Of a stretch of DNA of 64,000 nt, positions 56,950-64,000 are shown one piece after another. Under the pieces are notes generated by a model. That model did not search any database. It was not told the DNA's origin and was given only the letters and a program-made list of their open reading frames with translations. The position numbers were made by a program, and so were the translations under genes. Position 1 is the stretch's first letter, and each line of letters begins with the position of its first letter. The DNA is from Pyrinomonadales bacterium (GTDB lineage Bacteria; Acidobacteriota; Blastocatellia; Pyrinomonadales; Pyrinomonadaceae). The stretch lies in contig JBBRYS010000010.1 in the NCBI GenBank assembly GCA_038237475.1, forward strand, positions 130,465 through 194,464. The letters are read 5' to 3'.

Positions 56950-57240
56950 CAGCCGTCCGCTTTGCGGACTGACAATCGTCGCTTTGCGGACTGACAATCG
57001 TCGCTTTGCGGACTGACAATCGTCGCTTTGCGGACTGACAATCGTCGCCTGCGGACTGACGATCGTCGCTTTGGGACTGACGATCGTCGCTTTGCGGACT
57101 GACGATCGTCGCTTTGGGACTGACGATCGTCGCTTTGGGACTGACGATCGTCGCTTTGCGGACTGACGATCGTCTCTTTGCGGACTCACAATCATCGCTT
57201 TGCGGACTGACGATCGTCGCTTCGGGACTGACAATCGTTG
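56950..57240. repeat. tandem array of about 13 copies of a 21-22-nt unit (GCGGACTGAC[A/G]ATCGTCGCTTT), plus one isolated copy at 57289-57310
   Basis: Read directly. There are two subtypes (gacaatcgtc and the perfect 10-nt palindrome gacgatcgtc; gcggact versus gggact). The unit is about 80% identical to the reverse complement of the 56635-56755 unit. Confidence 0.9.
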
Positions 57241-57393
57241 TTTTCAGCCCCGGCAGTAAACGAATGAGCTAACCTCATTCGTCTGCTTGCGGACTAACAA
57301 TCGTCCTGCCCCGATCCCCAGCACTAAAGTGCGGAGCTCCTGTCACTCGTCAGCTTTGCAGACTGGGGGTGCAGGGATTTCCAGCTGCGCTAG

Positions 57394-58098
57394 TCAGCGT
57401 GTCAGCACCAGTAACGAATACCCGCCCAGCACGCGAACCACCAGGTGCTGATTGAATGTGGACAACACTCGTCGGGGCCAGCTTGCCAGTCTGGCTTTGA
57501 CGCTGCGCGGATGCGCAATCGCTCCATCGGTGTAGCACCAATCAACCACTTCATATCCAGCGCCCTGCAAAGTCGCCAGCGCCGTCTCCTTCGTAAAGTA
57601 ATGCAGATGTCCGGCTTGCTCTCGCTCGCGCATGATTGGCCCACTTCGCCATACCCACTGTACCGACAGGTCCAACGGAACATGGAAAATCTTGAACGTA
57701 GCTTTGGCCCGCAGGGCGCGCAGAAAACCAATGTAGTCTTCCACGTGTTCAAAGACATCCAGGCAGAGCAGGAGATCGAATGCCGGTTCATCACCCGCGA
57801 TCAAATCCCGGCAATGAAAGTGCAAGCGATCATTTTCTCTCTCCTGGCAAAGCGCAAACGCCTGCGGCGAAATTTCGTAACCAAAAAACTGCGTATCCGC
57901 AGGCAGACTAAACTGCAGCTGTTTAAGGATCTCACCGGCGCCGCAGCCAACTTCACAGACCGTCCGCGGAGCGAGACCGTGTTTCTCGATCAACCTGAGC
58001 ACCTGACCGGCTTTCCAGGCCGAGTCCTCGACATGGTACGTCGGATTCTTTTCGACATACTCGCCGGTCTGATAGATGCTCCCGTTTGTCTCAGTCAT
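57394..58098 (-). CDS. class I SAM-dependent methyltransferase
   Basis: The 234-aa ORF has motif I VCEVGCGAGEIL and motif II/post-I FDLLLCLDVFEHV. Confidence 0.85.
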   Translation of the reverse strand: MTETNGSIYQTGEYVEKNPTYHVEDSAWKAGQVLRLIEKHGLAPRTVCEVGCGAGEILKQLQFSLPADTQFFGYEISPQAFALCQERENDRLHFHCRDLIAGDEPAFDLLLCLDVFEHVEDYIGFLRALRAKATFKIFHVPLDLSVQWVWRSGPIMREREQAGHLHYFTKETALATLQGAGYEVVDWCYTDGAIAHPRSVKARLASWPRRVLSTFNQHLVVRVLGGYSLLVLTR

Positions 58099-58209
58099 AA
58101 TTGGCCCGCGAATTCAGCCGGAGTAATGCGGATAAACAATTCGATGCAGAGCCCTGTAATTGACCTCTGTCGAGGAATGAGACCGTCTCTCCATTCACTT
58201 GAGCGGACG

Positions 58210-59055
58210 CTATTTTGTCGCGACGACCTTGGCACCCAACATCAAGCGCCATGGTAACCCACGCGCCAAAGTTCTTCCGAGCGTGACCGGCAACCCCCCG
58301 AGAAGCCATTCACCGGCAGTCACTATTGCCAGGGGTACGGTCAGATGAAACCCGCCCCCGCCAACGAGCACCTTGCATTTTCGAAAGCCGGCGCGGCGAA
58401 ATAATTCTGTCAGTTCGCCTACGGTATACTCGCGCAAGTGAAATCCAGTCGCGACCTCATCGAAATAGCGCGAGACATCGTGCGGTCCGCTCAGCCGATT
58501 CGGCGTGATACAAAGATAGACTCCGCCTGGCGCCAGCGCCTGGTAGATTCCTGCCAACTGCTCAACGGCATCATCCGGGTGTAGATGCTCCAGCAACTGA
58601 TCGCTATAGGCAAGTTGGACACTGCCCGCCGGCACTGGAATGCTGCAACCGTCCGAGATTGCAAACTCCAGATTGTCAGGAAGCCTGACGCCGCCAGCAA
58701 CTTCGTTTGAAACATCGACTGCATATACCTTTCGCACTCGGTGGGCCACTGCCACTGCCAGCGCGCAGTCCCCTGGTCCAACCTCGAGATAGACTACGTC
58801 CGGGTGCAGATAGCCGCTGATCAACTCTAAGCGGGCCGCAACTTCCTTTTGTCGCAGGACGGCATTTGCCTTCTGCGTCAGCTGAGGGTGATCACTAACG
58901 CGGCTGAACAGTTCATCGTAAACAACTGTATACAAGTGCCGTCTTTCGTCCTTCGACGCCGAGCGCAGACGAGCTGCCAACTCCTTTTCAATGCGATAGT
59001 GTTCCTTAACCCGCTCGAAGGATCGTGTCTCGGTATGGGGAATTCTGACAGGCAT
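58210..59055 (-). CDS. class I SAM-dependent methyltransferase
   Basis: The 281-aa ORF has motif I VYLEVGPGDCALAV, LAYSDQLLEHL and LAPGGVYLCITPN. It lies 7 bp downstream of the GT2 gene. Confidence 0.85.
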   Translation of the reverse strand: MPVRIPHTETRSFERVKEHYRIEKELAARLRSASKDERRHLYTVVYDELFSRVSDHPQLTQKANAVLRQKEVAARLELISGYLHPDVVYLEVGPGDCALAVAVAHRVRKVYAVDVSNEVAGGVRLPDNLEFAISDGCSIPVPAGSVQLAYSDQLLEHLHPDDAVEQLAGIYQALAPGGVYLCITPNRLSGPHDVSRYFDEVATGFHLREYTVGELTELFRRAGFRKCKVLVGGGGFHLTVPLAIVTAGEWLLGGLPVTLGRTLARGLPWRLMLGAKVVATK

Positions 59056-59062
59056 TGATTGG

Positions 59063-60265
59063 TTAGCGTCGCTTCAGCCCTAGAATGCTGAGGAAGAAAC
59101 TGGAAAGCAGGACCTGGCAACCGAGGGCCAGTGCAGTTACGGAGGGAATCACAATCCGCAGAGTCTGCACCGGATCGAGCGCTCCAAACGAACGTTCATC
59201 CCAGAAAACCAAGGCGTAAATCGATCCCGCCAGCCCTGAAAGTACCAGCAACAAACCGACTGCCAGACCTGCTTCAAGATTGATGTAGTCCATGGCCTTT
59301 TCCAATCTTTCATCAGGGGGCAGCAGTCCTTCGCTAATCGCGAACACCTTGGTAAACACGGCAAAGACAACCGCCTGAAAACCGATGATCACGGAAATCG
59401 CTGCGTAAAGCAGTGTGTGAACATCGAAGGTCACGCCCTTCACAACTCGCGGCCCGGAAATCAGCCACAGTCCGACCAGCATTCCGAGGATCATCAGCAG
59501 GGCGCCCGGAACCAGGAACAGCCAGCGTGGACTATAAAGCAGCAGAAACCTGAGATGCCGCCAGCCGTCACGCCAACTGCGCAGATGCGGCGGGCGACTG
59601 CGTCCGTCAGGCGAAAGCGTGGTCGGCACTTCAGTCACGCGCATCCGCTGCAGAGTGGCCTTGACTACCATCTCGCTGGCGAACTCCATGCCGGTCGTCT
59701 GCAATTCCAGCTTGAGCACGGCTTCCCTGCTGAAGCCGCGCAAGCCACAGTGAAAGTCGCCCACCGGGCTGCGGAAGAAAAGCCGGCCCACGAAAGTCAG
59801 CACCGGGTTTCCGAGATAGCGGTGCAGCGGCGGCATGGCGCCGGGCTTGATACCGCCGTGAAACCGGTTGCCCATCACCAGGTCGTGACCGGCGCGTAGC
59901 TCTTCAATGAATGGCCCAAGCGATGAAAAATCGTAACTGTCATCCGCGTCGCCCATGATGATGAATTTTCCGCGAGCCGCTGCGATGCCGCCCATCAGAG
60001 CACTGCCGTACCCCTTTGCTGCCACCGAAACTACTCTCGCTCCCTGCAGGGTCGCAATCTCCTGCGAGCCGTCGGTGCTGCCGTTGTCGGCAACGATGAT
60101 CTCGCCCGCGATCTGATGCTCATGCAAAGAATGCTGGGCTTTCTCAATGCAGGTGGCAAGGGTCTCGGCCTCGTTCAGGCAGGGCATGATGATGGATAAC
60201 TCGATCAGGTCATCGCCCGAAGCGGTGGCTGCGTTCGATGTCCGAGATTTTGTTTCTAGTGCCAT
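59063..60265 (-). CDS. family 2 glycosyltransferase with C-terminal transmembrane domain (polyprenyl-phosphate sugar synthase type)
   Basis: Lies in ORF 59063..60313; ATG at 60265. Motifs are LSIIMPCLNEAETL, IVADNGSTDGS and GDADDSYD (DxD). Four predicted TM helices follow after residue about 250. Confidence 0.85.
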   Translation of the reverse strand: MALETKSRTSNAATASGDDLIELSIIMPCLNEAETLATCIEKAQHSLHEHQIAGEIIVADNGSTDGSQEIATLQGARVVSVAAKGYGSALMGGIAAARGKFIIMGDADDSYDFSSLGPFIEELRAGHDLVMGNRFHGGIKPGAMPPLHRYLGNPVLTFVGRLFFRSPVGDFHCGLRGFSREAVLKLELQTTGMEFASEMVVKATLQRMRVTEVPTTLSPDGRSRPPHLRSWRDGWRHLRFLLLYSPRWLFLVPGALLMILGMLVGLWLISGPRVVKGVTFDVHTLLYAAISVIIGFQAVVFAVFTKVFAISEGLLPPDERLEKAMDYINLEAGLAVGLLLVLSGLAGSIYALVFWDERSFGALDPVQTLRIVIPSVTALALGCQVLLSSFFLSILGLKRR

Positions 60266-60392
60266 GTAAACGATGCCGCGCGAAACGCGCCGACTATACT
60301 GAATGGTCGGCATTGACTGCTAGTCTCTCTGCTGAATTATCGTCTAGTATAGTCTGGAAGTCGCTGCAAATTGGCAAGCTTCTCTTCTCTTG

Positions 60393-62078
60393 ATGAATCT
60401 CAGGCAACCATTCGTCAGATCGCTGCTCTTGCTGGCTCTGTTATTCACCCTGCTGAATGCTTTCAAACCTCTCTGCGTAGACGATACGCTTTATCACTAC
60501 AACGCCGAACAACTTGCTTTTCATCCGCTGGAGCCCTACCGCTTTCGCGTTTATTGGAATGACAGGCCCGAGCCAGCCGTCCAGACTCTAGCCCCGGTAA
60601 TGATGCCTTACTGGTGGGCCATCGCGATTAGACTCGTGGGCGAGCATCCTTTCTTCTGGAAATTATGGATGTTCCCATATGCGCTAATCCTTGTCTTGTC
60701 GTTGCATGCGCTCCTGAGACGCTTTTGCCCGGGTTTTGAGATCATCATGACCTGGATGATCATCTTCTCTCCCGTTTTTCTGCCTGGTTTCAATCTCATG
60801 CTGGATGTTCCGGTGGCCGCCCTCATCCTCTGCTCGGTGGCTGTTTTTTTACGAGCTCTGGATAAAGATTCGCTCCTGCTCGCGACGCTGGCTGGGCTGA
60901 CAGGAGGAATTGCCGCGCAGACGAAGTACAACGGCCTGGTTGCGGTTCCGGTGATCTTGTTGGCGGCGATCATCGCGCGGAAACTTCGTCCGGGTATCAT
61001 TGCCGCTTTCGCAGTCGCACTGGTATTTCTAACCTGGGAAGGCTTCATCACGTGGCGCGCGGGCCAATCGCACTTTTTAGCACAATCTCGGATTTTCGGG
61101 TCTGTTCATTTGCTGGCCAAGTATGCCTATCTCACCTGGCCTCTGGTGACCATTAACGGGGCGGTCGCTCCTGCCGTCACAGTACTTGCGCTGGTTGCGC
61201 TGCGTGGCTCCAGGCGAACAGCCATAGTTTCAGGCGCGCTGTTGTGTTTGGGCTACCTTCTGATTGCATTCGTTCCCGAGCATTACCAGATCCTGACCAG
61301 AGATCCACGTACCAGTGAGGCACAACTCACGCTGGGATGGTTAATCTTTAGTGCTTACGGAGTCGCACTGGGAACAGCGCTCGCAGTTGTCATTTGGCGC
61401 CTGACAGACCTTTCCAAAGGAGTGTCATCTCTGCTTCGCGACTGGCAACGATACTCTCAGGAGTTATTTCTGGTGGGATGGCTGGTAATCGAGATCGTCG
61501 CTTACTTTGGCTTCTCACCCATTCCCGCCGTGCGGCGCGTCCTGGGCCTACTGGTCGTCATGACCTTAATCATAAGCCGGCTGGCCTCGCGCACTTGTCG
61601 GACGCCGCAACAAATATCTCTCATTCGCGGAGTCGCGATGGCAGGAATGATGTTGGGAGGTTTCTTTTACCTGGTAGATTTTCATGATGCTCGAGTCGAA
61701 CAGCTGGCTGCCCAAACGACGGTGCAAAAGATTTCAGAATTCAAAGACGCCTCGCCCAATGGTCAGACTGCCACAGAGTGGTACGTTGCACGCTGGGGCT
61801 TTCAATATTACGCCGAACTTGCGGGTATGAAACCTGTCTATCCGGACGAATCCAACCTCAAACCCGGCGACTGGTTAGCGATTAGTGATGGGCCCCACTA
61901 TCCTAAACCGCTTGCCGAACACCTTAGTCGCTTTCGTCTGGAGCCGGTGACAAGACTGGTATTCGAAGATCGCCTGCCTTTGGGGACAATGCTTGGCTAC
62001 TACAGCACCGGCATTCCCATTCATCATCACGAAGGCCCTCGAAGACTCGTGAGCATTTATCGCGTGGCCGAAAAGTAG
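60393..62078 (+). CDS. GT-C fold glycosyltransferase (ArnT/PMT, GT39/GT83-like) integral membrane protein
   Basis: Lies in ORF 60390..62078 (ATG at 60393). There are about 11 TM segments in the first 430 aa, with an early loop CVDDTLYHYNAEQL (DD/DxD-like, as in ArnT/PMT). The C-terminal part is soluble. The gene is divergent from the GT2 operon. Confidence 0.65.
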   Translation: MNLRQPFVRSLLLLALLFTLLNAFKPLCVDDTLYHYNAEQLAFHPLEPYRFRVYWNDRPEPAVQTLAPVMMPYWWAIAIRLVGEHPFFWKLWMFPYALILVLSLHALLRRFCPGFEIIMTWMIIFSPVFLPGFNLMLDVPVAALILCSVAVFLRALDKDSLLLATLAGLTGGIAAQTKYNGLVAVPVILLAAIIARKLRPGIIAAFAVALVFLTWEGFITWRAGQSHFLAQSRIFGSVHLLAKYAYLTWPLVTINGAVAPAVTVLALVALRGSRRTAIVSGALLCLGYLLIAFVPEHYQILTRDPRTSEAQLTLGWLIFSAYGVALGTALAVVIWRLTDLSKGVSSLLRDWQRYSQELFLVGWLVIEIVAYFGFSPIPAVRRVLGLLVVMTLIISRLASRTCRTPQQISLIRGVAMAGMMLGGFFYLVDFHDARVEQLAAQTTVQKISEFKDASPNGQTATEWYVARWGFQYYAELAGMKPVYPDESNLKPGDWLAISDGPHYPKPLAEHLSRFRLEPVTRLVFEDRLPLGTMLGYYSTGIPIHHHEGPRRLVSIYRVAEK

Positions 62079-62124
62079 GTGCTGATGCTTGAGTGCCCTG
62101 CGGGAGCATGCTTGTTGGACTACA

Positions 62125-62213
62125 GGTGTTCAGAGTACAAACTTAGTCTGCGTGGCTGCGGCAAACGGGGCGTGTAGGCAAACCCGCAAACTAAGGTTTG
62201 TACTCTGAACACC
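62125..62213. repeat. long inverted repeat (23-bp stem, about 42-nt loop) between convergent genes; possible bidirectional terminator
   Basis: ggtgttcagagtacaaacttagt (62125-62147) pairs with actaaggtttgtactctgaacacc (62190-62213) with one bulge. Confidence 0.6.
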
Positions 62214-62243
62214 GTACCGCCAACCAACTGTTCCAGTCTGGAT

Positions 62244-63866
62244 CTATTTGCGTCCGACGGCGCTTCTGAACTTATCAGTCTTAACCATAACATCGCGAAC
62301 TGCCTGAGAGATTAATTCATAGCCGCGCGCGTTTGTGTGATATCCATCCGCCTGCAAATAAAGCTCTCCAAAAGTATCTATGGGGCGATAACTTCGCCCG
62401 ACTGTGGCAGCTACCGTAAGGCTTCGCACTTTCGGCACATCGACGTTTTGCCACTTCCCTGCCTCGCCGCTGTTTGTGTAGACGTAGAAGACTTTCTGCC
62501 CGCTCGAGAACGTCACTGCAAGCGACCACACGTGATCGCCAGCCTTCTCGTCACCATGCGTGCCGTCGTCGTACATTGACACAGTGTTAGGCATTGCGTC
62601 TCCCAACTGCGGATGGGGCCCGGCGATGAACATTGACGTCGTCACCGGCCGGTTGCCTGTATAGACGCGAAATACTAATTCAACGGCACCTGGATTCTTG
62701 GCCACCTTCTTTTCCATATCAACCAACGACGGCTGCAAACCCAGGCGCTGCTCGAGCTCAGCTTCGATACGCTGCCTGGCGGCAGCGAGCAATTCGCAGT
62801 TATCAACTAATGGAACCTTCTCTTCCTGCGAAATTCGTTGCAAAGCTGCCTGATATGGGCTTCCCGGCCTTAGTTCATTGTGAAGCAGAATGGGAGCAGC
62901 ACCCTGGGCCCGCACCAGCTTGATCATCTCGCGAATATTCTTTTCATAGTCAGATGGCGACACACGCACTCGCGACTCCAGCCGTTCATAATCCTTCGCC
63001 TCTAACGCTTCGACGCTAACCCAGGATTCGTAAAGAAACGCTTCATTGGGATCAGCGATCGCTTTGAGCTGATCTCTCATTGATACTGACTCAAACTTCT
63101 TGAGCTGGCCGAGATAGGCCAAGAGTCTGTACAACTCTGAATTCTCAAGTACAAAACGCTTGAGCTTAAAATACTTCGGCCGCGCAACCAGAATATCCCT
63201 GTCGCGCCAGCCTGAAATCGCCGAATCATTCATGCCAAAGCCAATGGCGACAATATCCGGTTCCAGGCTTAGCACCCTTCTCTTCAGCAACTCCAACCCT
63301 TCGTGCGACGTGTAGGCGACCATTCCCATATTCAACACTTCAATTCTGAAATTCGGGAACTCTGTGCTGAGCAACGCCCGCAAACGTTGCGGGTAGGCTT
63401 CGTTCTGATTCGCGTTGTGGCCCAGAGTCCAAGAGTCTCCCAACGAAACAATCCGTAATGTTCGGGCCGGCTTGCTCGTCGGAAACTCGAGATCGCGGAA
63501 TCCTTCTGAATTCAGCGAAATCTCCCAAGTCGGATTGTTCTTGAATTCGTCAGGAATTGAGGGCTGGAACCGCCGCAGCATAGCCTTTCGGTCTTCTTCT
63601 GAAGACATCGGGCAAAACAGATCGAGATATTTGAGGTGCGCATTCGGTCGTCCGCGGAACAACATGACATCGTCGTGATCGAGAATGCGCAGTCCGTCCA
63701 TCCAGGGCGGCGTCAAGCCGGTGTTTCGCACCAGGTAAGGAATCGGCACAGTCTCAACGCGCGAATTTCTAATGCGATAAGTTGCGCGGATCGCTGCTTC
63801 GAGTAACAACACACAAACGACCGTGCCCACCGCGACCTTTCCCAGGTTCTTAAGGAATCTCACCAT
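62244..63866 (-). CDS. membrane-anchored SGNH/GDSL hydrolase with inserted beta-sandwich-like domain
   Basis: Lies in ORF 62244..63875 (GTG); ATG at 63866 gives MVRFLKNLGKVAVGTVVCVLLLEAAI. SGNH blocks are IVSLGDSWTLGH, GMVAYTSHEG, GFGMNDS and DGYHTNARGYELI. An insert, VELVFRVYTG...MYDDGTHGDEKAGDHVWSLAVTF, lies before block V. Confidence 0.8.
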   Translation of the reverse strand: MVRFLKNLGKVAVGTVVCVLLLEAAIRATYRIRNSRVETVPIPYLVRNTGLTPPWMDGLRILDHDDVMLFRGRPNAHLKYLDLFCPMSSEEDRKAMLRRFQPSIPDEFKNNPTWEISLNSEGFRDLEFPTSKPARTLRIVSLGDSWTLGHNANQNEAYPQRLRALLSTEFPNFRIEVLNMGMVAYTSHEGLELLKRRVLSLEPDIVAIGFGMNDSAISGWRDRDILVARPKYFKLKRFVLENSELYRLLAYLGQLKKFESVSMRDQLKAIADPNEAFLYESWVSVEALEAKDYERLESRVRVSPSDYEKNIREMIKLVRAQGAAPILLHNELRPGSPYQAALQRISQEEKVPLVDNCELLAAARQRIEAELEQRLGLQPSLVDMEKKVAKNPGAVELVFRVYTGNRPVTTSMFIAGPHPQLGDAMPNTVSMYDDGTHGDEKAGDHVWSLAVTFSSGQKVFYVYTNSGEAGKWQNVDVPKVRSLTVAATVGRSYRPIDTFGELYLQADGYHTNARGYELISQAVRDVMVKTDKFRSAVGRK

Positions 63867-63882
63867 GATGATCACAACACTC

Positions 63883-64000
63883 CTAGCTCTTTAACACACT
63901 GCGAAAAATGTCAGCCAGCAAACCCGCGTTGGCCGCAACTGAGTAATGCTCTTCGACTACCCTTCTGCCGGCCACTCCCATTGTTGCGCCCAGTGCGCGA
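63883..64000 (-). CDS. C-terminal fragment of a probable GT4-type glycosyltransferase (runs off window)
   Basis: Minus-strand frame reads ...RALGATMGVAGRRVVEEHYSVAANAGLLADIFRSVLKS* with the stop at 63883-63885. This resembles typical GT1/GT4 C-termini. It is too short for certainty. Confidence 0.4.
   Translation of the reverse strand, partial: RALGATMGVAGRRVVEEHYSVAANAGLLADIFRSVLKS

Noticed and set aside
56899-57234. 111-aa minus-strand ORF (SVPKRRSSVRKATIVSPQ...)
   Set aside because: It is simply the translation of the 22-nt tandem array, a low-complexity periodic peptide with no start context.
56950-57240. Regularly spaced 22-nt repeats that at first glance resemble a CRISPR array
   Set aside because: The units are directly tandem with no unique spacers between them. 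The unit is shorter than typical CRISPR repeats, and no cas genes or leader are present. I call it a plain tandem repeat.
1-64000. Cyanobacterial origin suggested by the STRR-like heptamer repeats and CGATCG palindromes
   Set aside because: The HIP1 octamer GCGATCGC occurs only about three times by my reading, near random expectation. The gene content (CarboxypepD_reg TonB receptors, Calx-beta/DUF4214 proteins) does not look cyanobacterial.

Overview
This is a chromosomal, mostly housekeeping or accessory-metabolism window of about 57% GC. Gene content suggests Acidobacteriota (an inference, not a search result): two giant TonB-dependent receptors with carboxypeptidase-regulatory-like N-termini, and several Calx-beta/DUF4214 secreted proteins. 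All family calls come from motif recognition by eye; no database search was run. I call about 45 CDS. They include thyA-folA, a cystathionine beta-synthase-type enzyme, homoserine dehydrogenase and two S9 peptidases. Also present are a LytS/LytTR pair, a TolC-MFP-RND efflux operon, a carbamoyltransferase/SxtJ/SxtK-like cluster and a DUF969-DUF979-DUF2891 operon. A glycosylation locus carries GT2, two methyltransferases, a GT-C enzyme and an SGNH hydrolase. There is one tRNA-Met(CAT). Five things deserve a second look. (1) A tight operon pairs an EgtB/SenA-like enzyme with a SenB-like glycosyltransferase, a flavoprotein disulfide reductase and a Cys-pair permease. It looks like a selenoneine-type cluster without senC or egtD. 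(2) Two DUF4214-tail paralogues are both 5'-truncated and meet head-to-head at about 55555-55580, with a third decayed tail copy downstream. (3) A pervasive family of 7-nt-periodic intergenic repeats occurs at several loci. One instance has a canonical G-quadruplex motif between thyA and folA, and another forms a roughly 480-bp nested palindrome. (4) Two inverted arrays of related 20-22-bp tandem repeats lie next to the tRNA. (5) A response regulator with a Cys4 C-terminal module is broken by two frameshifts. I found no CRISPR array, integrase, transposase or recognisable defence system.
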